Position numbers and translations under genes: made by a program. Source: a virus. From it: DNA of 64,000 nt. Below the pieces are notes generated by a model that made no database searches, was not told where the DNA came from, and saw only the letters and a list, made by a program, of their open reading frames with translations. Positions 8,015 to 16,523 of this stretch are shown in pieces; position 1 is the first letter of the stretch; each line of letters starts with the position of its first letter. The stretch spans positions 1 to 64,000 of the IMG/VR virus record IMGVR_UViG_3300036861_000275; one strand, written 5' to 3'.

Positions 8015-8605
8015 TTAGCTCTTCCGTACCTTGTCGACTAGCTTGTCGAGGTTCTCGTCGCCCAGCCGCTTCGCCTTGTACTTGTCGTTACCCAGGGAGA
8101 CCGGAGCCTCGGCGGCGCGCCGTTGACCTACTTCGTCGGCCGCCTTCCCGTTGCTCGACCAGCCAGTCAAGACTAGTCTTTGGTACGACTCGCTCCCGAC
8201 CGGATTCTCAGCCAGGTCGATCGCGGGGTAGGCATCGTGACACCGGAGTATCGTCCGGTGGTCCGTCTCTTCCGGATGGCGCTCGTAGTACCAATCCCAG
8301 TAGTTCACGCCTTCGGGCTTACGGTCGACCGGCGTGTAGACCATGTGTCCCTCGCCCCGGGTCGCTCTGCCTTCGGTGACGACCAGGTCGGGATTGCTGC
8401 CGGCGACACCTCGGCGGGCCAGACACTCGCCACACTGGCAGCAGGCGATGTGACCTGGAGTGAAGAAGCCCGGCGTCGGCTTGCGGGGACGTCCCGCGCC
8501 CTTCCTCTTGCCGCCATGTCCAGAACTTGAATTCGAGTCTGTCTGACCATCGGAATTCAAGTTGGTGACCTCGAATGTATCCTTCTCGTCGCTCTGTTCA
8601 CTCAT
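8015..8605 (-). CDS. Hypothetical protein with AT-hook-like GGKRKGAGRPRK motif and CxxC
   Basis: GAGGAGG RBS upstream of MSEQSDE; motif seen. Confidence 0.65.
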   Translation of the reverse strand: MSEQSDEKDTFEVTNLNSDGQTDSNSSSGHGGKRKGAGRPRKPTPGFFTPGHIACCQCGECLARRGVAGSNPDLVVTEGRATRGEGHMVYTPVDRKPEGVNYWDWYYERHPEETDHRTILRCHDAYPAIDLAENPVGSESYQRLVLTGWSSNGKAADEVGQRRAAEAPVSLGNDKYKAKRLGDENLDKLVDKVRKS

Positions 8606-8638
8606 CGACGTACCCTCCTCGAGCCGCACCATAGCACG

Positions 8639-9301
8639 TCAACTGTGGCCGTTGCTACCGGGGTTGCCGTTCCCACGATGCGGGGGTAAAGCCTTTGCTT
8701 TACCGTCGATGACTCGCTCACCCGGCGGCGGGCCCTCTGCTAGGGGGTCGACACCTACCGGCCAACGGCGGTAGACCAGCTTGAACCCAGAGCCTTCGTT
8801 CTCTTCTATCTGCACGATTTGCGGCGCTTTCCCGAAGCCGCGCTCTGACAGCCAGTTGTTCGCCTCTTTCATATCCTCGACGGTTGGGTAGTAGAGCCGC
8901 TTAACTACCACGAAACGCCGCTGTTTCTTGGCCTTTTTCTTCTGGTCGGGGGTAGCCTCGCCGCGAGCCGTCGCCTCTTGTTCAGGGGTGCGGTTGAGCT
9001 TCTCGACTTCCCTAATCCAGAACGGTTCCCCAGCGAAGAGCCTGACCCAGAACTCGACGAGCGTCTCCCCGCCTAGAGTCAAGCGTTGGATGTGGTGCTC
9101 GATGCGCTGGCGGCGGTACTTCCGCTGGAACTTCCCGTATGTGTTGCCCTTCTGAAAGAGCCAGGGCGCCCGCGAGACGGCGTCTGGAATCTCGGTCGTA
9201 GATACGTCCGGCTTAGCGGCTTCCTGGGCAGTCTTCGGGTCCGCTTCTGATGCGATGTCCGACGGCTTCCGCGGTGGTAGAGAGTCCGATAGGCTAGTCA
9301 T
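8639..9301 (-). CDS. terS: Probable terminase small subunit
   Basis: WLFQKGNTYG N-terminal motif and WLSERGFGKAPQ C-terminal motif typical of phage TerS-like proteins. Confidence 0.6.
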   Translation of the reverse strand: MTSLSDSLPPRKPSDIASEADPKTAQEAAKPDVSTTEIPDAVSRAPWLFQKGNTYGKFQRKYRRQRIEHHIQRLTLGGETLVEFWVRLFAGEPFWIREVEKLNRTPEQEATARGEATPDQKKKAKKQRRFVVVKRLYYPTVEDMKEANNWLSERGFGKAPQIVQIEENEGSGFKLVYRRWPVGVDPLAEGPPPGERVIDGKAKALPPHRGNGNPGSNGHS

Positions 9302-9348
9302 AGCCTAATCATACTCCAGACCGGGGCCATTTGGCACTTTTTCCTCAT

Positions 9349-9543
9349 TTACCTGTCGGATACCGCCCTGGGGAGGCGCGAAACATGGTCTGGATCGGGG
9401 GCTCTCCTATCCTGGATCGTCACCTTACTGGCAATGAGGACAATGTTGACCGGCATGGCGGCAGGCGATGCAATCTGGATGTACTCCGCCTTGCCGTCCG
9501 CGGTCTGGGAGATGGTGATGGTCAGTTCGCCGGTCGTCATCAT
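9349..9543 (-). CDS. Hypothetical protein
   Basis: MMTTGELTITIS...; coupled start. Confidence 0.55.
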   Translation of the reverse strand: MMTTGELTITISQTADGKAEYIQIASPAAMPVNIVLIASKVTIQDRRAPDPDHVSRLPRAVSDR

Positions 9544-9616
9544 AGGCTTGCCCACCAGAGCATACCGGCCAGAGCCAGCACGAACGCGAGCAGATGGCAA
9601 ACGGTCCGTAGAGTCG

Positions 9617-9910
9617 TCACTTGCCTGTCGCCTTACGGGCTCTGGTCGCCGCCCGGGTCTTTTCAGCTGCGACTCGGCTTGCGTCCATGCCCGAGCACCG
9701 CCCACCGGACTTACACGTGCAGCCCGACCGATCCCATTTGCAATCAGGATTGACGCGCTTTACTCCTAGCTTCCGGCACATCGCGATGATTTGCGTCCTC
9801 AGCAAACCAAGCGCCTCTGCGGCCTTCGTCTTGTTACCACCGTGCTCTACTAGGGTGCGTTCCAGGAGTGCACGCCGAAATGCCCTTACCTCGTCTCCGT
9901 AGATGCTCAT
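9617..9910 (-). CDS. Fis-family helix-turn-helix protein
   Basis: LLERTLVEHGGNKTKAAEALGLLRTQI...RKLG. Confidence 0.85.
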   Translation of the reverse strand: MSIYGDEVRAFRRALLERTLVEHGGNKTKAAEALGLLRTQIIAMCRKLGVKRVNPDCKWDRSGCTCKSGGRCSGMDASRVAAEKTRAATRARKATGK

Positions 9911-10098
9911 AACCGTCCCTTTCTGCCCTTAGTCTCTAGGGCCTCTCATGAAATAATCGCCCCAATCTGCGCGGAGGCGACGTGTTGTGTCAGCATCATA
10001 GTACATAGTCGCTTTCGGCTTAGCTACCCTTGGTCGCCGCTCGTGCCAGACATTGCGCACCGCCTCGAGGAGAGCCGTCCCGTACGCCAGCCATGCCA

Positions 10099-10482
10099 TC
10101 ATCGGACAATCCTAGTCCCGCAGACGTCGCAGTCACCACCACGCGGGCCGACCCTGGGATGGGGACAGACCAGGCCGAAATTGTTGAGAGCGATGAGATA
10201 ACACTCGGCATCCGTTGGTTTATTCCTGAGATTGTTTAGGAAATCCCCACGGTCCCGTGCGTTTAGCAGTCCAATCACGTGTTGGCCGACTGTCATTTGC
10301 ATCTGGCTGGACAGATCATAGACGCTCTGGCCTGGATACGGTATTGGTAGGCTGGCCGCCCGAGCAGCCACGTTTGCCATCACTTTGCGGTCGGTGTCGA
10401 CCAATACTTCAGCAATCTTTCCCATCCTCTTATCCCTGATAGCGCGCCGCTTTATCGCGCGTGCTGTATGTTTCAGTTTCAA
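10099..10482 (-). CDS. Hypothetical protein with C-terminal zinc ribbon
   Basis: CPHP...CDVCG. Confidence 0.6.
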   Translation of the reverse strand: MKLKHTARAIKRRAIRDKRMGKIAEVLVDTDRKVMANVAARAASLPIPYPGQSVYDLSSQMQMTVGQHVIGLLNARDRGDFLNNLRNKPTDAECYLIALNNFGLVCPHPRVGPRGGDCDVCGTRIVR

Positions 10483-10862
10483 GGCGTTTCCTCAGGGCAC
10501 AGAATCGCCCTGGCTTCGCCGGGATCACTAACGATGGCTGTCAGCCAGCCGTAACGGCGCAGCCGCATTAGTGATTGTTCGCGTACGTGGTTCATCTTTT
10601 CACGTGGCACTTGGACCATAAATGCAAACGGCTGCAATATCTTGCACTTATGCTCGCACTGCGCCCTACGCACGCCGATTATGTCGGGATAACTTATGTC
10701 CGGTGCGTAGCGTGATCCTGGGGGCAGAGCTGAAGCGTCCCGGAAAAGCATTACATCGGGCAAATTCCGGAGGATCGAGCGTACCCGGTACAACAGATCC
10801 TCACGGATATTCTCATCCTTTGCCCCCGTGGGCAGTTTACGTATCGGCTTACTATGACTCAT
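10479..10862 (-). CDS. Degenerate VRR-NUC/PD-(D/E)xK-like protein
   Basis: YPDII present and GW..IV...EA tail, but the E-x-K position reads VQVP. Confidence 0.45.
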   Translation of the reverse strand: MSHSKPIRKLPTGAKDENIREDLLYRVRSILRNLPDVMLFRDASALPPGSRYAPDISYPDIIGVRRAQCEHKCKILQPFAFMVQVPREKMNHVREQSLMRLRRYGWLTAIVSDPGEARAILCPEETP

Positions 10863-11131
10863 TGCGTGGGCCGATTCGTCTCAAAACCGTGGTCGTTAGG
10901 GACTGTTGGTGTCTGGAGAGGATCGGCAAGCTGCTCTTTGCCGTCCAGCGTGATAGGTTCGCCCGTTTTGCTATTGTGACAGTGCTCGGTGCCGGGCTCA
11001 TCTACCTTTCCTGATTTGTGTTCATAACGCGTCACCACCCGGTGGCATCCTTTGTTGTCGAGGCGCCCGGGATGAGCAGTAGCGGGCAGAGCAAACATCA
11101 GCGTAGCTAGCAAGGTCGCGATATATTTCAT
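10859..11131 (-). CDS. Small secreted YHYH-like protein
   Basis: Signal peptide MKYIATLLATLMFALPATA followed by HPGRLDNKGCH...EHCH. Confidence 0.7.
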   Translation of the reverse strand: MKYIATLLATLMFALPATAHPGRLDNKGCHRVVTRYEHKSGKVDEPGTEHCHNSKTGEPITLDGKEQLADPLQTPTVPNDHGFETNRPTQ

Positions 11132-11197
11132 AGCTTTCTTATACCTGACGCGCCAGAGTCGTCGCAAGAGGGAAGTTGAAAAAAATAATTTAGGGTA

Positions 11198-11226
11198 TTG
11201 AATATCTATTGACACCCTTGTAGTAT
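11198..11226 (+). promoter_or_regulatory. Sigma70-type promoter of the early island
   Basis: TTGAAT-N17-TAGTAT with an A-tract upstream; GGGAGG RBS follows. Confidence 0.6.
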
Positions 11227-11246
11227 CTAGATGGGAGGTAAAGGGA

Positions 11247-11456
11247 ATGGAAACTTGGACGGTCAAAAGGAATGACGCTGGTGTCTGGCTGTATTACGCC
11301 GGCCGTATAGGTAGAGTCCCGACATGGACTGCCAGCCAAGAGGCGGCCATGCTCTTCGAAAGCCGTCTTCACGCCGAGTCCATGGCCGTCGCGCACAGCG
11401 GTTGTGTATCGTCTGCATCTCACAATCCAAAAGCCATACAAGAGAGGGAGAACTAG
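11247..11456 (+). CDS. Hypothetical early protein
   Basis: First ORF after promoter and RBS. Confidence 0.6.
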   Translation: METWTVKRNDAGVWLYYAGRIGRVPTWTASQEAAMLFESRLHAESMAVAHSGCVSSASHNPKAIQEREN

Positions 11457-11458
11457 TC

Positions 11459-12463
11459 ATGGCACACAATCTGAGCTACTCCAACGGCAAGTACGAATTC
11501 GCTTACACCGGAGAGTCCCCGTGGCATGGGCTCGGGCAGCGCCTCGCCGCGGAAGCGACGAAGGACGACATCGTCAAGGCTGCCGGCCTGGAATGGGTAG
11601 TCACCCCCGAACCCATCTTCCTGGCTGACGGTACGCCCGTCCCAACCCACGTGGCCAATCGCCGCTCGGACAATCACGAGATCCTCGGCGTCGTGTCGAA
11701 TGACTATCGCCTGGTCCAGAACGGCGAAGCCTTCGACTTCATCGACGCTCTGGCCGACAGCGCCGGCGCGAAGTACCATACGGCCGGTTCGATCCGCCAT
11801 GGCCGGCAGGTCTTCGCCTGCGCCAAGTTGCCATCTTCGCTGGTGGTCGTACCTAACGACGTCGTCGACAAGTATCTTCTCCTCGTCAATTCTCACGACG
11901 GCACCACCGGCTTTCACCTGCGCTGGACCACCGTCCGCGTGGTCTGTAACAACACTCTGACGGCCGCTCTCCGCGGCGCCGCCAGCTACCAGTACACCGT
12001 CCACCATCGCGGCGACCTGGCCGACCAGCTCCGCGTAGCCCGTCAGGCTCTCGGCGTGGCTGACCGATTCTTCGACGTGGCCGGTATCGCCTACAAGGCC
12101 CTCGCGGCCAGGCAAATCAACGCGATGGAGCTCGACACTTTCGTCTCGTCCTTCCTTCCGCTACCGAAGGTGAGCATCAGCCAGGATCTCACCATCCAGG
12201 AAGACGACCAGAACAACCGCGCCAAGGTGCTCGAGGCCCGCACCGCGGTCCGCGTGCTCTTCGAGCGCGGCGAAGGTCAGACCATCCCCGGCGTGGCTGG
12301 TACCGCTTGGGCGGCCTACAACGCCGCCACGGAGTACATCGACCGCGTCCGGACTTCCCGTAACGACGGCACGATGCGCCGCGGGGCAGCCGCCGCGGCC
12401 GTCTTCGGCATCGGTCAGGATCTCCGCGACCGGGCCATGACGTCGGCTCTCGCCCTGGTCTAA
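11459..12463 (+). CDS. DUF932 family phage/plasmid protein
   Basis: MAHNL...PWHGLG...AGLEWVV...YRLVQNGEAF...YLLLVNSHDG...VRVVCNNTL...GTAWAAYNAATEYID. Confidence 0.92.
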   Translation: MAHNLSYSNGKYEFAYTGESPWHGLGQRLAAEATKDDIVKAAGLEWVVTPEPIFLADGTPVPTHVANRRSDNHEILGVVSNDYRLVQNGEAFDFIDALADSAGAKYHTAGSIRHGRQVFACAKLPSSLVVVPNDVVDKYLLLVNSHDGTTGFHLRWTTVRVVCNNTLTAALRGAASYQYTVHHRGDLADQLRVARQALGVADRFFDVAGIAYKALAARQINAMELDTFVSSFLPLPKVSISQDLTIQEDDQNNRAKVLEARTAVRVLFERGEGQTIPGVAGTAWAAYNAATEYIDRVRTSRNDGTMRRGAAAAAVFGIGQDLRDRAMTSALALV

Positions 12464-12465
12464 CA

Positions 12466-12533
12466 GGCCGAAACCTACGGGGGTGCCCTCGACCCCCGGA
12501 CGGTCAGCCCGTCAAGCGGGCTTTGAGGAGGCC
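12466..12533 (+). ncRNA. Type II hammerhead ribozyme-like RNA (U at core position 3)
   Basis: GGCC-GAAA-CC[stem III CGGGGGT/ACCCCCG]GG-TC-AGCCCG tcaag CGGGCT-TTGAGGA-GGCC. Confidence 0.7.
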
Positions 12534-12536
12534 ACG

Positions 12537-12701
12537 ATGCAAACCGAGAGTGACGTGCTTTACGATGAGGGCTTTTTTGCGGGGCAGGAAGACGCTCTAG
12601 CGGTGTATCCGGACCGTCCGGATTGGCGTCCGGATGGCAATGACTCATGGACGAAGGGGTGGTGGGCCGGTGTTCGTTCTATTCACGAGGACGAGCAATG
12701 A
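12537..12701 (+). CDS. Small acidic hypothetical protein
   Basis: GAGGAGG RBS; YDEGFFAG...WTKGWWAG. Confidence 0.65.
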   Translation: MQTESDVLYDEGFFAGQEDALAVYPDRPDWRPDGNDSWTKGWWAGVRSIHEDEQ

Positions 12702-12829
12702 GCCGCACCGCCGCATTACTGGTGTATCTCGGAGTCGTCGCGGTGCTGTCGGCTATAGCTGGCACGACGCCGCCACAGGCCACGATCGCCCTGGTGGTAG
12801 CTTGGGGCATCGCCGTGATATGGCTATGA
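12698..12829 (+). CDS. Small membrane protein (2 TM)
   Basis: ATGA-coupled; hydrophobic. Confidence 0.55.
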   Translation: MSRTAALLVYLGVVAVLSAIAGTTPPQATIALVVAWGIAVIWL

Positions 12830-12906
12830 GCGCCGCATGGTTCTGGGTTACTGTTTTCGGTACTGTGGCTGTCCACTACATCGTGGCAGCTCTGGTGCTG
12901 CCGTAA
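12826..12906 (+). CDS. Hydrophobic micropeptide
   Basis: ATGA-coupled; MSAAWFWVTVFGTVAVHYIVAALVLP. Confidence 0.45.
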   Translation: MSAAWFWVTVFGTVAVHYIVAALVLP

Positions 12907-12925
12907 TTATTTTTAGCCTGGGGTA

Positions 12926-12954
12926 TTGACAGGCTCCGGCTTTGACGGTATCGT
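12926..12954 (+). promoter_or_regulatory. Sigma70-type promoter
   Basis: TTGACA-N17-TATCGT with an AT-rich upstream tract. Confidence 0.65.
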
Positions 12955-12979
12955 TCCCGTAGTGGAAAGGTGGTCCGAG

Positions 12980-13219
12980 ATGAAAAGATCCAGAGTCGAG
13001 ACGGCCGAGCGGAACCATGTCAAGGTGCTCGCTCGTAAAATCGACGCCGAGCTGTACGATCGGCCGGAGTGCCGCATCTGTGGCGGCAAGATCCCAAAAA
13101 AGTACGTTCTCGCCGGTGTTTCCACTCGAACCGTGTGCTCTGGCGAATGCGCCCTGAAGGCAGTTGTGATGAAAGAGAACGCCAAGATCAAAGCGGAGGC
13201 AATCCATGACTCAGCATAA
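12980..13219 (+). CDS. Zinc-finger hypothetical protein
   Basis: CRICGG...VCSGEC; AAAGGTGG RBS. Confidence 0.65.
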   Translation: MKRSRVETAERNHVKVLARKIDAELYDRPECRICGGKIPKKYVLAGVSTRTVCSGECALKAVVMKENAKIKAEAIHDSA

Positions 13220-13424
13220 TCCAGAAAAGTATCTCGGGTGGTCCATCGAGAACCCAGGTCACGTGTCTCACTTCATAGTTGACCGGAATGGCTACGCTCA
13301 GGCCCTGTGCGGCAGCCCGCGCTTCGGAGGTTCAGTGGAAGCGTACCCGAAACTGCCCCGCTGGGGAGCGACCTGTGGAAGATGCTCGCGCTCCCTCATT
13401 AAAGCCGAAGCGGTGCAATCGTGA
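13206..13424 (+). CDS. Zinc-finger hypothetical protein
   Basis: H...ALCG...CGRC. Confidence 0.65.
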   Translation: MTQHNPEKYLGWSIENPGHVSHFIVDRNGYAQALCGSPRFGGSVEAYPKLPRWGATCGRCSRSLIKAEAVQS

Positions 13425-13660
13425 GAGCGTGCCTGGGCGGTTGTGGGGCGATTCTTCCGAGTGAGGAGACTCTCTGTACGGTGTGCTGGGACCGGTACGA
13501 TCGAGCTCAGGCCGCCAAAAGGCCGCCGATGTCGGCCGCCCAGTGCGCCCTTGGGATCTCGCAGGCCGCCGGCGGGATGCTGCTGCTCTTGGCTGTGGGC
13601 GCCCTCTGCTGCACTGGCTTCCTGATAGCCCTCGCGACGGCCGGGCAGGCACTGCGATGA
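13421..13660 (+). CDS. Zinc-ribbon plus TM hypothetical protein
   Basis: CLGGCG...CTVC then a hydrophobic stretch; GTGA-coupled. Confidence 0.55.
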   Translation: MRACLGGCGAILPSEETLCTVCWDRYDRAQAAKRPPMSAAQCALGISQAAGGMLLLLAVGALCCTGFLIALATAGQALR

Positions 13661-13863
13661 GATCCTGGTGGTACTGTAACGCTTGCGGCGCCCAGAACAG
13701 CCCTGTCGACGGAGAGTGCCAGTTTTGCATCTGCGAGGGCGCCGATTGCGAACGCAGCGACTGTAGCGATCCGGCCCATTTCTGCCCGGATACGGCTGAG
13801 CACGAGACGTGCAACTCCAGGCGCGACTGCCGCGCCATTCAGTCACCAGAGGTGCAACCATGA
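13657..13863 (+). CDS. Cys-rich protein with RanBP2-like finger
   Basis: WYCNACGAQN...ECQFC plus further Cys. Confidence 0.6.
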   Translation: MRSWWYCNACGAQNSPVDGECQFCICEGADCERSDCSDPAHFCPDTAEHETCNSRRDCRAIQSPEVQP

Positions 13864-14036
13864 AGGCGCCGGTAAACATCTACACTATTGGTTACCCGAT
13901 GGATCAAAAGACGCAGGCCATGGCCGATTTGCTAGTCACGCGCCCTTACTGCCAGTTCCACACCTGCTCCGTCACCGGCCGCGTGGTTTGCTTGACGTGC
14001 TGGATTCGCAACAAGGTTTTCGCCGGCAAGGTGTAG
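13860..14036 (+). CDS. Hypothetical protein
   Basis: ATGA-coupled; CQFHTC...CLTC. Confidence 0.5.
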   Translation: MKAPVNIYTIGYPMDQKTQAMADLLVTRPYCQFHTCSVTGRVVCLTCWIRNKVFAGKV

Positions 14037-14038
14037 CG

Positions 14039-14215
14039 ATGAAAACCTTTGTTCGGGATACCAGTTTCGGCGCTCATGCTGTCAGCGTGGTTTGTTTGAC
14101 ATGTGGCAAGCTAGTGCGCCTTTGCGATGCCCTCATCGACCCCAACGGTCCTGCGTTCAGAGCGTACTATCACGACCAACCTGAATGCCGGCCAACGAAA
14201 GAGGATGCGATATGA
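14039..14215 (+). CDS. Hypothetical protein
   Basis: CLTCG...YYH...C. Confidence 0.55.
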   Translation: MKTFVRDTSFGAHAVSVVCLTCGKLVRLCDALIDPNGPAFRAYYHDQPECRPTKEDAI

Positions 14216-14754
14216 CACTTCGTGGCCATTCCATTGCCTTGGCACTAACGGTACTCTCGACCTCGGCGTGTACGAGCATGGGATGGCACGACCGTGCCGC
14301 CCTGGCCCATCAAGACTTTGGGCCGACCAAAATCTTGACCATCTGCGTGCTGGCTGATGCCGCCAAGGATCTCGAGGTGTTCGCGACCGCTGAACATGAG
14401 TTTTCCTCTCATTACGGTCTGCATCTGAGTCTTAGGTACCTCGGGCCTTGGCGTCGTCCAGGATGGACGGGCCCTGCCATTTACGAGGGGTTGCTCAGGG
14501 TGGACAGGCCGGCCGGTTGTCATAAGCTCTTCGCCTTGGTGCGTCGAAGCGTCGGGGATTACGTCTGGACATACGCAGGGATGCCGACCATCTACGGCAT
14601 AGCTGGAGGGATCACAGAGTATGACCGAGCGTTCGCCGTCCTCGATGCACCATCAGTTCTTCATGAGATGTATCACCTGCTCGGCTGTACTGAACATTTC
14701 GACATGCAAGGCTGCTATCCAGCCATAGCAGAACTCAAGAGGAGGCTACCATGA
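14212..14754 (+). CDS. Putative lipoprotein with zincin HExxH motif
   Basis: Hydrophobic leader ending LSTSA-C (lipobox-like); VLHEMYHLLGCTEH. Confidence 0.7.
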   Translation: MTLRGHSIALALTVLSTSACTSMGWHDRAALAHQDFGPTKILTICVLADAAKDLEVFATAEHEFSSHYGLHLSLRYLGPWRRPGWTGPAIYEGLLRVDRPAGCHKLFALVRRSVGDYVWTYAGMPTIYGIAGGITEYDRAFAVLDAPSVLHEMYHLLGCTEHFDMQGCYPAIAELKRRLP

Positions 14755-14996
14755 GGCCAATGAAGAATCACGACGGCGCGACGCTTGGCTACTGCCTGGA
14801 GTGCGGCCTAGTCAAGTATGTCGCGTCGTGGGACTGGATCGACGGCAGGGACAGTCCGTACGCCATCAAGCGCTGCCGGTGTACCAAAAGGATACCGCGC
14901 AACCACAAACCCGTGCCAGCGGCGTACTGTGACGAGGCCGGTAAGGTCTACAACGGACCGCAGGTCATCCCAGAGACAGAAAGGAAGAGGCAATGA
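14751..14996 (+). CDS. Hypothetical protein
   Basis: ATGA-coupled; CLECG. Confidence 0.55.
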   Translation: MRPMKNHDGATLGYCLECGLVKYVASWDWIDGRDSPYAIKRCRCTKRIPRNHKPVPAAYCDEAGKVYNGPQVIPETERKRQ

Positions 14997-15256
14997 AAGA
15001 GCCGCTGCCGGAGTCAGAGAATTGCATATCTCCAAACTTCAAACCAGAGCTCAGGCTGACGCCTAGCTACCAGCTCGGCTTTCTCCAGGGATCTGTGCGG
15101 GCGTTCCTGAGAGGCTACAGCACTCGGGAACTGCTCGAATCATCTTTTCACTTGGTGCTGGCATGGCAGAAAGAGCAAGACGAGATGGAGAATGCTGCTC
15201 TCAAGGGATTACATGATGGGTTACAGATCGACTCGGTGAGCGATCGTGCGGAGTAG
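14993..15256 (+). CDS. Hypothetical protein
   Basis: ATGA-coupled; last gene of the + strand island. Confidence 0.55.
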   Translation: MKEPLPESENCISPNFKPELRLTPSYQLGFLQGSVRAFLRGYSTRELLESSFHLVLAWQKEQDEMENAALKGLHDGLQIDSVSDRAE

Positions 15257-15565
15257 CTCCAGGGACTCTTTTTTGTAGGCGTCTGTCTCAGCGGCGGCCT
15301 GGTAATGGAAGTGAGTCGCCCCAGATCGGTGCTCTAGCCAGCCGATCAGGACGGCGGCGCACTCCCACACGAGCGCGACGCCGGTCATCATCAAGATGGC
15401 TCTGGTCACTCCAAAACCCAGGTACTTCAGGGCGGCGGAACCGCCTAGCGCCGGCAAGACCCACCGCTGTAGAGGGGAGAGCCACACGTCTCCCTTATTT
15501 TTGAGATACAGGGCCATCCCCACCCGGCGTGACCAGCCGCCGCCCTGCGGTTGCTCGACAGTCAT
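15221..15565 (-). CDS. Hypothetical membrane protein
   Basis: ATGA-coupled start MTVEQPQ; two hydrophobic segments. Confidence 0.6.
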   Translation of the reverse strand: MTVEQPQGGGWSRRVGMALYLKNKGDVWLSPLQRWVLPALGGSAALKYLGFGVTRAILMMTGVALVWECAAVLIGWLEHRSGATHFHYQAAAETDAYKKESLELLRTIAHRVDL

Positions 15566-16146
15566 GAGCGCGAGCCTCGAGGTAGCACCTGGAGCTCGAG
15601 CTCGGCTGCGAATGGATGAACCCGGGATGGTTCCGCGGAGAGCCGCATCGTCAGACCAGATACGAACTCGAATAGCCAAGTGTCCCCGCCGGTAGGAGTC
15701 GGCTCTCCCAGAGTGGTAAACCCGCGCAGGACTTCGCCTTGCACCTGATGACCCGGGCAGCGCTCTGGATATACTTGCCGGCAGACCTGGCATTCCAGAT
15801 GACTAGCTCGTCCTTCGCCCTTGATATGGCGCTCTTGCATCGTCGGAGTCCAGATCTTCTGTATTGTGAGCCATCTAATCAGTAGACGGGCCTTGTATTT
15901 CTTGTCCAGAGTAGGCGCCGCCTCGACCACCATCACTTCGGACGTGGTCAACTCAAAGCCTATGCCTTGCCATCCGCGCGGGAGCTCTCCTGGCAGGAAA
16001 TAGACACCGCTAATCTGTTTGCCGCCGCATCTCTCTTCTAGGGATTGCCAGGAAACAAGTTCCTCACCGCCATTCCAGGCCACCTGATGGTGAGGATCGG
16101 TAGGAAGACGCTGGAGAGGATTAATGGAACGCTCTTCCTCGCTCAA
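15562..16146 (-). CDS. Hypothetical protein
   Basis: TTGA-coupled ORF with GAGGAG RBS. Confidence 0.65.
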   Translation of the reverse strand: MSEEERSINPLQRLPTDPHHQVAWNGGEELVSWQSLEERCGGKQISGVYFLPGELPRGWQGIGFELTTSEVMVVEAAPTLDKKYKARLLIRWLTIQKIWTPTMQERHIKGEGRASHLECQVCRQVYPERCPGHQVQGEVLRGFTTLGEPTPTGGDTWLFEFVSGLTMRLSAEPSRVHPFAAELELQVLPRGSRS

Positions 16147-16307
16147 GTGCCAGATCTCCTCGACTTGGGCGCTGTCTTTTTGAAGACCATCGCCCCCGGG
16201 ACAGTTGGATGGGGACTGCCGCGCATCGGCTTATCCTTGCACTCGCTGGCGCGATGTCCCTGATGACGGCAGAAGGCGTAATATGCGTGGCTCGGCTTGT
16301 CGGCCAT
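16143..16307 (-). CDS. Small basic hypothetical protein
   Basis: MADKPSHAYYAFCRHQGHRASEC...; fills the gap and is coupled at both ends. Confidence 0.5.
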   Translation of the reverse strand: MADKPSHAYYAFCRHQGHRASECKDKPMRGSPHPTVPGAMVFKKTAPKSRRSGT

Positions 16308-16511
16308 TTATGTCCCCTTTCGACGGCCATTGCTGGACGTCTTTTTGAACTTCAGTCCGGCTGACTTCACCCCGGTCTTAACCCCGGCATGCTCCGGCAG
16401 AGACTTGATATTCGGGGTTTCCTTGGCCCATCCTTCGGCCTTAGACTTCATCTCCGGGCCGAGGTACCCACCGAATGCGGCCTTCATCTGAGCCTTACTT
16501 TTGAATGGCAT
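16308..16511 (-). CDS. Conserved small phage protein (MPFKSKAQ type)
   Basis: MPFKSKAQ...WAKETPNIKSLPEH; GGGAGG RBS. Confidence 0.7.
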   Translation of the reverse strand: MPFKSKAQMKAAFGGYLGPEMKSKAEGWAKETPNIKSLPEHAGVKTGVKSAGLKFKKTSSNGRRKGT

Positions 16512-16523
16512 AGGCGTCCTCCC

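Noticed and set aside
15250-15275. Intrinsic terminator at the convergence of the early island and the - strand genes
   Set aside because: A T-tract is present but the stem is only about 4 bp and lies within coding sequence; too weak to call
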